47,809 nt of DNA from an uncultured Gemmatimonadota bacterium (lineage in GTDB: Bacteria; GCA-2686955): NCBI GenBank assembly GCA_964490075.1, contig CAZBBK010000043.1, positions 1 to 47,809 on the forward strand, read 5' to 3'. Below the pieces are notes generated by a model, which saw only the letters and a list, made by a program, of their open reading frames with translations, did no database searches and was not told where the DNA came from. Positions 9,283-19,034 of the stretch are shown here, piece after piece. Position numbers and translations under genes: made by a program. How positions within the stretch are numbered: the first letter of the stretch is position 1; the number at the start of each line of letters is the position of its first letter.

Positions 9283-10451
9283 CAGATGCGCTCCAATCCG
9301 ACCACGACCGACGCCGGAACCAGGTTCCAAACCGCTCCTTCGAGCTCGCCGAGCCGGGTCGCCAGCACTTCGTAGGTGTTGGGACGCGGGTGGCCGATGC
9401 CGATCGCGTGCCCGCGCCTCTCGGCCACCTTGCGCAGCGTCGTGAGGCTCTTCGAGATCGATTCCGGCTCGTCGCGCGCATCGATGAAGACCGAGGCCCG
9501 GGACGCGGGCAGGCCGCGCGCACGGGCCAGGGCCAGGGCGACCGACTCTCGCCCCGTGGCGCTGTCGACGAAGTAGAGACCGCCTTGGTCGTCGATGGCA
9601 TCGAGCAGCGCCGACATGGCGGGCGCGTCCGCGGTCGCCTTCGATCCCATGTGGTTGTTCAATCCGACCGCGCAGGGGACGCGGGCCAGGTTGGCCGGCA
9701 CGAGCGCGCCGATCTCCGCGACGCTCAGGGCGGCGGTGAGAGCAAAGGGCCCCGGATCGGCGGCGCCCAGCGGCTCCATCGGTTGGTGCAGAATCACCTC
9801 TCGGCCCTCGTCGTAGCAGAGCCGCGCCAGCGCCATGCTGTGGGGGCGACCGGGCAGCACGCCGAAGGTCAGCCGGTGATCGAGATCGACCAGGTCGAGA
9901 ACCACCGACCGCTGGTTGTGCCCCAGGTCGTCGATGATGATCGCCACCTTGGGAAGGCCGGGAGGGACGGGCGCGGCGGCTTCGGTAGCCGGTCGCTGGA
10001 TGCGGGCGCGCAGCTCGAGGATCGCCACACCGCCCTTGCCGACTCGCAGGTTCAGGGCTCGGCCGCGCTCCGCCGAGCGCACCTCGAGGATCTCGACCGG
10101 CAGCTCGTCGAGCGACTCGGTCACCGCGAGGTTGAGCCGGGTCAGCGAGGCCGAGTCGGGCAGCACCGCCTCCAGCAGCCGCGTCCCCGCGCCGTAGCGC
10201 AGGCTGTGACGCCGGATCTCCTGGGCCTGGTGGGACTCCAGGACGGCGATGACCCGGGCCTCGACCTCGTCCGGCCAGATCGGAGGCGGCCCCGGCGCCT
10301 CGCTCGGCGCGCGCAGGTGGCGCACGGTGAACACCCCGCAGACCAGGAGCACGAAGAACGCGTAGGCGAGCACGATCAGGCGTGGTCGCTGGATCCGCTT
10401 CGCCTGCTTGCCGCCGCTCTTCTTGCGGTCGCGGTTCTTGCTGCGCGTCAC
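9282..10451 (-). CDS. Divergent polysaccharide deacetylase family protein (YibQ-like), N-terminally membrane-anchored
   Basis: IIIDDLG, LHQPMEP, GLNNHMGS, FVDS, AIGIGHP; GTG start at 10451 with GGAGG RBS. Confidence 0.88.
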   Translation of the reverse strand: MTRSKNRDRKKSGGKQAKRIQRPRLIVLAYAFFVLLVCGVFTVRHLRAPSEAPGPPPIWPDEVEARVIAVLESHQAQEIRRHSLRYGAGTRLLEAVLPDSASLTRLNLAVTESLDELPVEILEVRSAERGRALNLRVGKGGVAILELRARIQRPATEAAAPVPPGLPKVAIIIDDLGHNQRSVVLDLVDLDHRLTFGVLPGRPHSMALARLCYDEGREVILHQPMEPLGAADPGPFALTAALSVAEIGALVPANLARVPCAVGLNNHMGSKATADAPAMSALLDAIDDQGGLYFVDSATGRESVALALARARGLPASRASVFIDARDEPESISKSLTTLRKVAERRGHAIGIGHPRPNTYEVLATRLGELEGAVWNLVPASVVVGLERI

Positions 10452-10565
10452 CGGCAGGTCCTCCGCTGCGCCGCCCCCGCCGCGGCGCCCCGATGCCGCC
10501 GCGCGAGATCCGGCACGCGAGTATATCGCCGAGACCGCCGCCCGGAGACACGATAAGCTGGTTCC

Positions 10566-12761
10566 ATGTCCAACCTCGAGTTCGACCCGCACTACGACCC
10601 AGAGAACCCCTTCGATCTCGGCGCCGGCGACGCGCCCGAGGCGACACTCGATCTGCAGAGTCGGCTCAACCCCGCCCAGCACCAGGCGGTGACCGCGGGT
10701 GAGGGACCGACGCTGGTGGTGGCGGGGGCGGGGACCGGGAAGACCCGAGTGCTGGTCTACCGGGTCGCGCACCTGGTGGCCCGCGGGGTCCACCCCTCGG
10801 CAATTCTGTTGCTCACGTTCACCCGGCGCGCCGCTTCGGAGATGCTGCGCCGAGCCTCGTCGCTGATCGATCGCCCCATGGACGAGGTCTCCGGCGGCAC
10901 CTTTCATTCCTTTGCCAATGGCCTTCTGCGCCGCCACGGCGCCGCGCTCGGCTTGCCCTCGAACTTCACCATCCTCGACGCCGCCGACGCCGCCGACGTC
11001 ATCGCGCTGGTTCGCACCGGCCTCGGATTGGGGGGACGGGAGCAACGCTTTCCGCAGAAGCGCACCTGCCAGACCATCATCAGCACGGCGATCAACCGCA
11101 ACCTGGAGCTGACCGAGGCGCTTCTCGAAAGGTGGCCGCATTTCGCGATGCACGTGGAGGATCTGGCGCGCCTCTACAAAGGCTATCGCGACTACAAGCT
11201 GGAGCGGGCACTGCTCGACTACGACGATCTGCTGCTCTTCGCGCGCGAGCTCCTGGAGCAGGAGCCGGAGGTGCGCTCCGAGATCTGCTGCAGCTACACA
11301 AATATACTGGTCGATGAGTACCAGGACACCAACAAGATCCAAGGCGACCTGGTAACGCTGTTGGGCGCCGGCCATGGGAACATCATGGTGGTCGGCGACG
11401 ACGCACAATCGATCTACCGCTTCCGGGGAGCGACCATCGAGAACATCCTCGGTTTCCCCAAGCAGTTCTCCGGCGCCCGGCAGATCACCTTGGAGCAGAA
11501 CTATCGTTCGACGCAGCCGATTCTCGATGTCGCCAACGAGATCCTCGCCGGATCGCACCAGGCCTACGAGAAGCACCTGGAGACGACGATCGAAGGGGGC
11601 GAGAGCCCGCGCCTGATCGCCTGCGAGAACGAGCATGTACAGTCCCGCCTCATCAGCGACAGAATTTTAGAGCTGCGCGAGGAGGGCGTGCCCCTGGGGG
11701 CGATCGCCGTGCTCTTTCGCTCCTCCTTCCATGCCTTCGACATGGAGCTGGAGCTGAACCGGAGGCGCATCCCCTACGTCAAGTACGGAGGATTCAAGTT
11801 CATGGAGGCGGCGCACGTCAAAGACGTCGTCGCCCATCTGCGCATTCTCGACAACCCCCGTGACGAGCCGTCGTGGACGCGGGTGCTGACCCTGCTGCCG
11901 GGCGTCGGCGAGGCCACCGCGCATCGCATCGTGGCGTCGATGGCGGGCGCCGATGCGATTGGGCTGCGCGCCGCGAAGGTGCAAAAGCGTGCGCGAGCAG
12001 GATTGCAGCGGCTGGCCGATCTGCTGGATCGCCTGCGCAACACATTTCCGGGACCGGCGCAGGCGGTAGAGGAGCTGATCGAGTACTACGAGCCTTACCT
12101 GCGCGAGAAGTACGACGACCATCCGCGACGTCAGATCGAGCTGGCCCAGGTGGCGGTGCTGGCCGCCCGCCACAGCACCCTGCGTCAACTGCTCGACGAT
12201 TTCGCCATCGAACCCCCGGACCGTGCCATCGACAAAGGGGTGCCAGCTTCCGACCAGGACGACGAATCGCGCCTGATCCTCTCGACCATCCACTCGGCGA
12301 AGGGGCTGGAGTGGGATGCGGTGTTCGTGCTCTGGACGGTCGATGGGCGCTTTCCGACCTTCCAGTCGATGGAGCGCGACGAGGAGCTCGAGGAGGAGCG
12401 GCGCTTGCTCTACGTGGCGACCACGCGGGCGCGCCAGGAGCTCACTCTCTGCTACCCGGTCGGCACCTGGGATCGGATGGGACGCTACCTGGTCTCGCCT
12501 TCTCTCTTCGTGCGCGAGCTGCCCGCCGACATCCTGGAGCCGTGGCGGGCGACCTCGGGCGGGCTCGGCCTGGAGGACTCAATCCGCCTGGAGGCGATGA
12601 TCACGCCCTCGCCCGAGGCGGCCAAGGGGGCCCCCCATGAGGTCGAATGGGACGACCAGGCCCGCTCCAGCCTGCGCTCGCGACGCAGCAAGATCGACTC
12701 GCGGATCCTCGGCGATCTGGGCGACGACGACTGGGTCTACGAGGCCGAGTGGGAGGACTGA
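10566..12761 (+). CDS. ATP-dependent DNA helicase, UvrD/PcrA/Rep family
   Basis: AGAGTGKT, VDEYQD, VGDDAQSIYRFRGA, NYRS, STIHSAKGLEW, EERRLLYVATTRA. Confidence 0.95.
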   Translation: MSNLEFDPHYDPENPFDLGAGDAPEATLDLQSRLNPAQHQAVTAGEGPTLVVAGAGTGKTRVLVYRVAHLVARGVHPSAILLLTFTRRAASEMLRRASSLIDRPMDEVSGGTFHSFANGLLRRHGAALGLPSNFTILDAADAADVIALVRTGLGLGGREQRFPQKRTCQTIISTAINRNLELTEALLERWPHFAMHVEDLARLYKGYRDYKLERALLDYDDLLLFARELLEQEPEVRSEICCSYTNILVDEYQDTNKIQGDLVTLLGAGHGNIMVVGDDAQSIYRFRGATIENILGFPKQFSGARQITLEQNYRSTQPILDVANEILAGSHQAYEKHLETTIEGGESPRLIACENEHVQSRLISDRILELREEGVPLGAIAVLFRSSFHAFDMELELNRRRIPYVKYGGFKFMEAAHVKDVVAHLRILDNPRDEPSWTRVLTLLPGVGEATAHRIVASMAGADAIGLRAAKVQKRARAGLQRLADLLDRLRNTFPGPAQAVEELIEYYEPYLREKYDDHPRRQIELAQVAVLAARHSTLRQLLDDFAIEPPDRAIDKGVPASDQDDESRLILSTIHSAKGLEWDAVFVLWTVDGRFPTFQSMERDEELEEERRLLYVATTRARQELTLCYPVGTWDRMGRYLVSPSLFVRELPADILEPWRATSGGLGLEDSIRLEAMITPSPEAAKGAPHEVEWDDQARSSLRSRRSKIDSRILGDLGDDDWVYEAEWED

Positions 12762-12796
12762 GTCTTCCCCCTCTTGGAATGTCGCGATATTCCGGG

Positions 12797-12952
12797 TTTT
12801 CCACACTCCGATCCGGCTCGGGCTCAACGACGAGATGAAGACCCTCGTCCTAAGGTGGTATGTCGCAGAGAGTTAGCACTGTTCACAGGATCTTCACAAG
12901 CGCCCCCCAAAGTTCCCCACAGGTTATCCACAATCCTCGCAAGTCGTTGATT
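12797..12952 (+). promoter_or_regulatory. Cluster of DnaA boxes plus an IHF site (oriC-, datA- or DARS-like)
   Basis: TTTTCCACA 12797, CTGTTCACA 12879, ATCTTCACA 12890, TTCCCCACA 12913, perfect TTATCCACA 12924, all co-oriented; CAAGTCGTTGATT at 12940 matches IHF YAANNNNTTGATW. Confidence 0.6.
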
Positions 12953-14045
12953 GGGACGTCGCATCGCGCAGGCGGCGGGTGAGTCGCGTGCACCAGTCGC
13001 GGCGCCGCAACGGGTCGGAGAGGTGCCGATCGAAGAGCTGCAGCAAGGCCGACTCGTTGCGCACCGGCGCATCGGCCACCGCCTCCTCGACAGTCCGCAA
13101 GTAGGGCGCCACCGGTGACGCTTCGATCTCCAGCAGATCGATCAGCTGGATCGTCAGGGGATCGACGCGATGGGCCGCCAAGAGGCCCCCCGCGGCGAGG
13201 TCCAGATCCTCGGTCACGCGTCCGCGGGCGATCTCGCCGAGCATCCCTCTCCAGGCCAGGTCGAAGGCGATTCGCTCGGGCCAGGCCACGATGATGCGCC
13301 GGTCGGTCCCCACGAAGAGGTCGGCGGGAGACGGCGCGTCGAGCACGAATCGACGCGCTCCCGCGGCATCCCAGAGCGCCGAGTCGTAGGTCTCGCAGCG
13401 CTCGCGCGCGGCCCCGGCGTCGGACTCGGCGATGCGCGCGTAGACCTCGCCCAACCGCCGGATCCGCTCGCCGACCGATTCCGGCAGCACGCTCAGGCAC
13501 CCCGACGCCGGATCCTCGAGGCGCTGGATGCGCGCCACGCGCCCGGCCACCTCCGCGAGCCAGTCGCTGCTGGTCGGGACCGTGCTCCAGGCTCGATACC
13601 CCTCGGACGCGCGGGCCAGATCGCCCAGAGAGCTCCCGAGCTGCACCATGGCGACGATGTCCCAGGCCGGCGGAATCGGCTGCGCACCGGTTGGCAGCCG
13701 CAGGTAGAGATGGTGGGCGCCGCCCTCGGTCCAGATGGCGCCCTCGTCGGCCGGGCGGGGCTCCAGCAGGCGATCGGGTGCGCCGGAGGCCAGGTGGGCG
13801 CGCGCGGCGAGCGCGTCGACCAGCCGCCGCGAGGCCTCGGGCGCGGCCGGATAGATGCGTAGCTGGCCGTGCTCGCCGCCCTGCTCTCGCACCAGGATGC
13901 GCAGCGGATCGCTGGCTGGAGTCCCCTGCACCAACAGCGCTTCGGCGCTGACGCCGAAGCGCTTCAGAGCCGCCTGCAGCTCGGTCCGTAGCTCATGACT
14001 CAGGTCCTTTCCCTGCGGCCCCCCGTTGCGACGTTCTTCTTTCAT
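12924..14045 (-). CDS. Hypothetical protein, possibly a degenerate APH/choline-kinase-like fold
   Basis: 373-aa ORF starting 10 bp after the PEP-utilizer stop; only weak resemblance to phosphotransferase layout, canonical HGD/DF motifs absent. Confidence 0.55.
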   Translation of the reverse strand: MKEERRNGGPQGKDLSHELRTELQAALKRFGVSAEALLVQGTPASDPLRILVREQGGEHGQLRIYPAAPEASRRLVDALAARAHLASGAPDRLLEPRPADEGAIWTEGGAHHLYLRLPTGAQPIPPAWDIVAMVQLGSSLGDLARASEGYRAWSTVPTSSDWLAEVAGRVARIQRLEDPASGCLSVLPESVGERIRRLGEVYARIAESDAGAARERCETYDSALWDAAGARRFVLDAPSPADLFVGTDRRIIVAWPERIAFDLAWRGMLGEIARGRVTEDLDLAAGGLLAAHRVDPLTIQLIDLLEIEASPVAPYLRTVEEAVADAPVRNESALLQLFDRHLSDPLRRRDWCTRLTRRLRDATSQSTTCEDCG

Positions 14046-14054
14046 GATGGTGAT

Positions 14055-16148
14055 TTAGACTCCAAGGCGCACGACCGTGCCGGCGCCGCCGTCGACCTCG
14101 ACGAGCTGGCCGTCGGACAAAGCCGTGGTGGCGTGATCGACGCTCATCACCGCCGGCAAGCCCGACTCACGCGCCAGGATGGCGGCGTGCGAGAGCAGAC
14201 CGCCCAGTTCCTGCACCAATCCGGCGGCGGAGCGGAACGCGGGTGTCCAGGCGGGATCCACGGCCCGCGCCACGAGGATACAGCCGGCGGGCATCCCGTT
14301 CAGATCCTCCACTCGGTCGATTCGGCGGACCGCGCCGCGGGCGCGCCCGGCCGAGACACCCAGACCACGCAGCAGCGAAGGTCCACCGTTGACGATCGGG
14401 CGCGGCAGGGGGGCGCGCGGCCGCGCCGGCGCCAGATCGATCTCGATCTCCCGTCCGGCCAGCAGCGCCAGCAGGTGGTCGGCATCGAGGCGGAAGACAT
14501 CCTCCGCGGAAGCCAGACGGCCCTGCGCGCGCAGATGCTCGCCGGCACGCAACGCGGCGGCGCGCAGCCGGGCCAGAATGCGATGCCACTCGTTGCGCTG
14601 GTTCTCGCGCAGCTCGAGAGCGAAGCGCCGCCAGTCGGCAATGGGGCCGATCGACGGGATCCAGGCATGGTGGCCGCTCGTCGCCGGCTCGGTATCGGGC
14701 TCGGCGCGCGGCTGCAGAGCGAGCAACGCGGCGACCGACTCGGGCTTCTCGGCCCAGGTCGGATCGGCCGGGTCGATCGATGCCGCGCGATGGCCATGAC
14801 GCTCGAGAAAGGCCGACAGATCGGCGTCCGGCCCGCGTGCGCGCAGCTCCTCCAGCTCCGCGAAGACCCGTGCCGTGGCGTGGCGCGGCTCGGTCAGCGG
14901 GCGCTTGCCCGTGAGGCGCCAGATCAGCTCGGCGTGGACCAGGCTCCAGCGGTGCAGGGCGAGCAGGCGGTGGGTCCATTGCACCGCGGCATCGAGGGCC
15001 CGCGGCAGCTCGGCGATCGGGGCCGCGGCGATCCACGCGGCGGCCAGGGGCGGCCGGTCCAGGGCGCGCCGCAGGTCGGCCTGGAAGCGCTGCCAGCGGC
15101 GCCGGTGGATCGGCGGCAGCCAGTCCGGTTCACGCACCAGGGTGCGCAGCACCGCCGCCACGCTGGGGAAGGCCTCGAGGGTGCGGCGCCACCAGATCCG
15201 GCGCAGCGCAGGGTTCTCCCTGACGACCTCATCAGGGGTGATGCGCCTCGGGAAGTAGCGGAAGAGCTCGGTCGCGGCTTCGAGCGTGAGATGGGGAACG
15301 CCGCGCCGCAACACCAGTGCCGGGCCGCCGAGGCGCCGACCGACGAAGGCCAGCGGATCCTCGACCGCACGACGGCCGATCGCCGGCCCGAGCAGCGACC
15401 AGCCGAGGCGCGACACACCGGTCGAGAAGCGCTCCGGCAGGAAGTAGCGACTGAGAGCGGGGCCCGCCGCCACCGGACGATCCTGCAGCAGCACGGGGGC
15501 GCCCGATGCCCACGCCCACTCGATGTCGCGCGCCCCCCCTTCGAGCGATTCGATCGCGAGCGCCATCTCCAGGATCGCGGCGGCCTGGCGGGCCTCGGCG
15601 AGCACCACCCGGCCGAGGCTGATCCGCCGCCCGCGTCCGCGCCAGGTGGCGCCGCTGCGATCCCAGGACCAGCGCTCCACCAGCGCGTCCCCCGCGGTGA
15701 CGGCGCCGGTCGCCCCGGGCGCCGCTTCGAGCACGGCCTCGGAGGGACGCAAGGGATGGCGGGTGAAGATCACGCCCGCGGCATCCGCCTCGATTCGCGG
15801 CTGCACCAGCACCGGCAGCGGGCGGCGCGGCCCACCTGAGCGGCGCACCCCTTCGACCGCGCCGAGCAGCTCGCCCAGATCGTCGCCGATCACCGCCTCG
15901 GACCGATAGCGCCCCGCGGACGAGCCTTCCGGCCGGTCCTCGTCGGCGCCCGACGAGCGCACCATCCACGGTCCCGGGCCCAGGCGGGCCGCCAGAGAGG
16001 TCGCCGAGTCGAGCTCGGCGTCGGGCGGAACCACCACCAGGTCGGGCACGGGCAGCCCGCGCAGCCGATGCCGGGCCAGTGTGCGGGCTTTCGAGCCAGC
16101 GATCTCCGTGGAGCTCGTCGCCACCTGTTGCGCTTCGATCCAGTACAT
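14055..16148 (-). CDS. PEP/pyruvate-binding and PEP-utilizing (swivel phosphohistidine) domain protein, rifamycin-phosphotransferase-like architecture
   Basis: GSKA, VRSSGADED...SSAGRY.S, AGVIFT, DIEWA...LQDRP; C-terminal DPAWTP and GGLLSHAAILARE. Confidence 0.88.
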   Translation of the reverse strand: MYWIEAQQVATSSTEIAGSKARTLARHRLRGLPVPDLVVVPPDAELDSATSLAARLGPGPWMVRSSGADEDRPEGSSAGRYRSEAVIGDDLGELLGAVEGVRRSGGPRRPLPVLVQPRIEADAAGVIFTRHPLRPSEAVLEAAPGATGAVTAGDALVERWSWDRSGATWRGRGRRISLGRVVLAEARQAAAILEMALAIESLEGGARDIEWAWASGAPVLLQDRPVAAGPALSRYFLPERFSTGVSRLGWSLLGPAIGRRAVEDPLAFVGRRLGGPALVLRRGVPHLTLEAATELFRYFPRRITPDEVVRENPALRRIWWRRTLEAFPSVAAVLRTLVREPDWLPPIHRRRWQRFQADLRRALDRPPLAAAWIAAAPIAELPRALDAAVQWTHRLLALHRWSLVHAELIWRLTGKRPLTEPRHATARVFAELEELRARGPDADLSAFLERHGHRAASIDPADPTWAEKPESVAALLALQPRAEPDTEPATSGHHAWIPSIGPIADWRRFALELRENQRNEWHRILARLRAAALRAGEHLRAQGRLASAEDVFRLDADHLLALLAGREIEIDLAPARPRAPLPRPIVNGGPSLLRGLGVSAGRARGAVRRIDRVEDLNGMPAGCILVARAVDPAWTPAFRSAAGLVQELGGLLSHAAILARESGLPAVMSVDHATTALSDGQLVEVDGGAGTVVRLGV

Positions 16149-16192
16149 TGACGCCAGAGTAGCAGTCAATTGCCGCTCCAAGGAGATCACCC

Positions 16193-16999
16193 ATGACCCC
16201 AATCCGCCCCCCTCTGACTCTGTTCCTGGGACTGGGGCTCGTGCTCTCGGGCCGCCCCGCCACCGCGATCCACGTCACCACCCGCCTGCTCAGAACCGAG
16301 ACCGCCTACACCGATGACTTCGCGCAGATCGCGATCTTGGGCCAGAGCGGGGTGGGCGGAATCCTGAACCGGGCGCAGATCACCACCAACCTGCCGCTCG
16401 ATTTGCTCGCGGCGCTCAATCTGGACGCCAAGGTCGGAGTCCTGCGGGAGACCGAGGGCTACCCGCTCAGCGTCGCGATCGGAGCCGGCTGGCTGCATCA
16501 TTTTCGCGCCGAGGTGGTCACACGCGAGGTCGAGAAGAGCATCGACCAGAGCAGCGTCAGCGCCGACGCCACGATCTACAAGCTCTTCTTGGTCGCCAGC
16601 AAAGAACTGGACCCGGCGCTACGAATCCACGGCGGCATGCAGATGCTGCGCGGCGGGCTCGACACTCGCATCGAGGGCGAGCAGGGCTCGGAGGACTTCC
16701 CGGACGGCACCATGACCGCGACACTGCTGACCGACAACACCAGTCTGATGGCCGGGCTCGATCTGCGGATCTCGGACGCGCTGATCGTGGTCGCCGAGGG
16801 AGGCCGGGACCTCAGCAACGGCGCCACCCGCGCCGGACTCGGCATGGAGACCGGCCTGGGTCCCCTGCGCCTGGGACTGGGCGCCACCTGGCCGGGAATC
16901 GACTTGAGCTCGGACGAGCTGCTCTTCCTCGACGAAGAGCAGGAGTCGCCGCCCAGTCTTCCCTTCTTTCCCCACCTGACGCTGTACTTCCGCTTCTAG
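16193..16999 (+). CDS. Putative outer-membrane beta-barrel protein
   Basis: Signal peptide, amphipathic beta strands, C-terminal LTLYFRF ending in Phe. Confidence 0.6.
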   Translation: MTPIRPPLTLFLGLGLVLSGRPATAIHVTTRLLRTETAYTDDFAQIAILGQSGVGGILNRAQITTNLPLDLLAALNLDAKVGVLRETEGYPLSVAIGAGWLHHFRAEVVTREVEKSIDQSSVSADATIYKLFLVASKELDPALRIHGGMQMLRGGLDTRIEGEQGSEDFPDGTMTATLLTDNTSLMAGLDLRISDALIVVAEGGRDLSNGATRAGLGMETGLGPLRLGLGATWPGIDLSSDELLFLDEEQESPPSLPFFPHLTLYFRF

Positions 17000-17009
17000 G
17001 AGCGACCTC

Positions 17010-17948
17010 ATGAAACGACTCGCTTTCCTGCTGGCCGGCGCCTGCGCCGGCGCGCTGGGGTGCTTCGAAGCGACGATCATGACTCCCGATCTGCTGAGCG
17101 GGGAATCGAAACACATCGCTTTTCCGGATACTCTGGAGTGCGAATCGTACCTCGAAGAGATGGACGCCACATTCATCAACGCCCAGCTCTTGCTCCTGTG
17201 CGCCAACCAGGGCTCGCCGCAACTGACCGAGTGCGTCGCGGTGCTCGACGACGCCGGCACATCTTGCGAGCCGATCTGGCCGACCGACGACACCCAGACC
17301 CGCGCGGCGAAGCGCGAGGCCGGGATCTGTCACTTCCTGGCCACCGATCTTGCGGCCGTCGACATCGGCCTGACCAACCAGCAGATCACCGAGCTCTACG
17401 AGTGCGCTCTTCCATCCCATGCCTTCGAGACCTTGCTCACCAGCGAGGCCTTCGGCGGCACGCTCTTCAACCTCGGCTTCGAGCTCCACGACCTGATCGT
17501 CAGCGCCGACCTCGACGAGCAGGCGGGCGACCTGATCGGCGCCATCGAGGAGTCGAGCCTGACGCTGCAGACCGTCAACCACGATGATCGCGACATCTCG
17601 CTGGAGATGCGCTTTGCCTTCACCGATACTACCCTCACCGCAGACACCACATTTTTCGACGCCCCCGATCCGGTCGCCGCGGTCGACGACTTCTGGCGCT
17701 CCTTCGGAATGATGATCGAGGTGCCGGCACAGAGCGAGAGCCGCGTGGTGTTCCGCGGAGCGACGGTTGTGGCGATCGTGGAGGCCGCCTTCGAGGCCGT
17801 GCCGGAAGGGTCGGACGCACGGATCCACATGGCCTTTTTCAACGAGAGCGCGATCTACTCGACCACCGATCTCGAGATCACCGAGATCCGTCTCTTCCTG
17901 GCCGCCGGCTCGGACGTTCTCTTTCCCTTCAGCTACCTCTTCTACTAA
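17010..17948 (+). CDS. Hypothetical acidic, Cys-containing lipoprotein
   Basis: MKR plus hydrophobic stretch and ALGC lipobox; AGGAG RBS; follows the beta-barrel gene by 10 bp. Confidence 0.65.
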   Translation: MKRLAFLLAGACAGALGCFEATIMTPDLLSGESKHIAFPDTLECESYLEEMDATFINAQLLLLCANQGSPQLTECVAVLDDAGTSCEPIWPTDDTQTRAAKREAGICHFLATDLAAVDIGLTNQQITELYECALPSHAFETLLTSEAFGGTLFNLGFELHDLIVSADLDEQAGDLIGAIEESSLTLQTVNHDDRDISLEMRFAFTDTTLTADTTFFDAPDPVAAVDDFWRSFGMMIEVPAQSESRVVFRGATVVAIVEAAFEAVPEGSDARIHMAFFNESAIYSTTDLEITEIRLFLAAGSDVLFPFSYLFY

Positions 17949-17977
17949 GGGTCGGCGAGAAATCTCTTCGCCGACCC
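17949..17977. repeat. 29-bp hairpin with MITE-like termini flanked by TAA repeats, between convergent genes
   Basis: TAA-GGGTCGGCGA GAAATCTCT TCGCCGACCC-TAA; perfect 10-bp stem. Confidence 0.6.
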
Positions 17978-19008
17978 TAATCAAGCGCACCGCCGCAGGA
18001 GCTGCCCTGCCCCGCGGTGCAGCCGAAGCAATGTGGGCCGACGGCGATTCTACGGTCGCGCAGACGCTCCAGGTCGAAGTCGAACACAGTGCGCGGATAT
18101 CCGTTGGCGGTCTTCATGGCCAGCATCTGATTGAAGTCGCAATCGTAGAGGCTCCCGTCCCATCCCACCGAAATCGTGTTGCGACACATGACGCCCTCGG
18201 CGGCACGGCCGTTGAACGACGACACCAGCTTGCTCATGTAGCGGTCGATGTTGCCCGAGCGCTCCAGCCATTCCAGGTAGCGCGCGATCGGCATGTTGGC
18301 GATGGTGATCAGGCGCGTGAACTCGATGCCGTGAGCGCGCCGCAGCCGAGCGCGAAAGTCCCTCTCCAGACTGGCCTGTGGTGCCGGCAAAAAGGCGCCG
18401 GTCGGATTGGCCACCACGGTCAAGACCAGGCCGCCGCCGGCGCGACCATAGCCGACCTCGTTCAGCATGCGCAGCGCCTCGATGCTCTTGTCGAACACCC
18501 CCGTGCCGCGCTGGGCATCGGTCTCTCGGGCCTGGTAGTAGGGCAGCGAGCACACCACTTCGACGCGGTTCTCGGCGAAGAAGGCCGGCAGGTGGCGGTG
18601 AGTGGGCTTGGTCAGGATCGTCAGGTTGCAGCGATCCATGACCTGACGGCCGGCGGCGGCGGCGATCTCGACGATCTCCGTGAAGCGCGGATGGAGCTCC
18701 GGCGCACCTCCGGTGATGTCGAGGGCTTCGATCTCCGGCTGCCGCAGCAGCGCCAGGCATTGGTCCAGCACGTCGTCCGACATCACCTCCGCACGATCCG
18801 GACCGGCGTCGACATGGCAGTGCCTGCAACTCTGGTTGCAGCGCTTGCCCAGGTTGATCTGCAGCGTAGTGACGGTGGTGGAGCGTAGCTCCCCCAGAGG
18901 AGTGGCGGCGATCGCATCTTCAAAGGAGCGCGGTAGATCGAGCGCTTCCAGGCGCTCCATCTGAAGCTGCGGCTGCGCGAGTGGATGGCGATCGAGGACT
19001 AGCGACAT
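17977..19008 (-). CDS. arsS: Arsenosugar biosynthesis radical SAM protein ArsS family (Cys form)
   Basis: CNQSCRHCHVDAGP (CxxxCxxC), DITGGAPELHP, LYDCDFNQML, HCFGCTAGQGSSCGG. Confidence 0.9.
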   Translation of the reverse strand: MSLVLDRHPLAQPQLQMERLEALDLPRSFEDAIAATPLGELRSTTVTTLQINLGKRCNQSCRHCHVDAGPDRAEVMSDDVLDQCLALLRQPEIEALDITGGAPELHPRFTEIVEIAAAAGRQVMDRCNLTILTKPTHRHLPAFFAENRVEVVCSLPYYQARETDAQRGTGVFDKSIEALRMLNEVGYGRAGGGLVLTVVANPTGAFLPAPQASLERDFRARLRRAHGIEFTRLITIANMPIARYLEWLERSGNIDRYMSKLVSSFNGRAAEGVMCRNTISVGWDGSLYDCDFNQMLAMKTANGYPRTVFDFDLERLRDRRIAVGPHCFGCTAGQGSSCGGALD

Positions 19009-19034
19009 GCTTTGATTCCTGGAGATCGGAAGGA

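Noticed and set aside
8542-10647. Apparent 701-aa PdxJ fusion
   Set aside because: Only 9282-8542 is PdxJ; the extension is an alternative frame over the deacetylase gene, whose TGA overlaps the pdxJ ATG
12845-12877. Possible dif/Xer site near the DnaA boxes
   Set aside because: Arm spacing and the XerD arm (TTATGTTAAAT) do not match
17990-18000. Selenocysteine in the ArsS C-terminus
   Set aside because: The codon is TGC (Cys), not TGA
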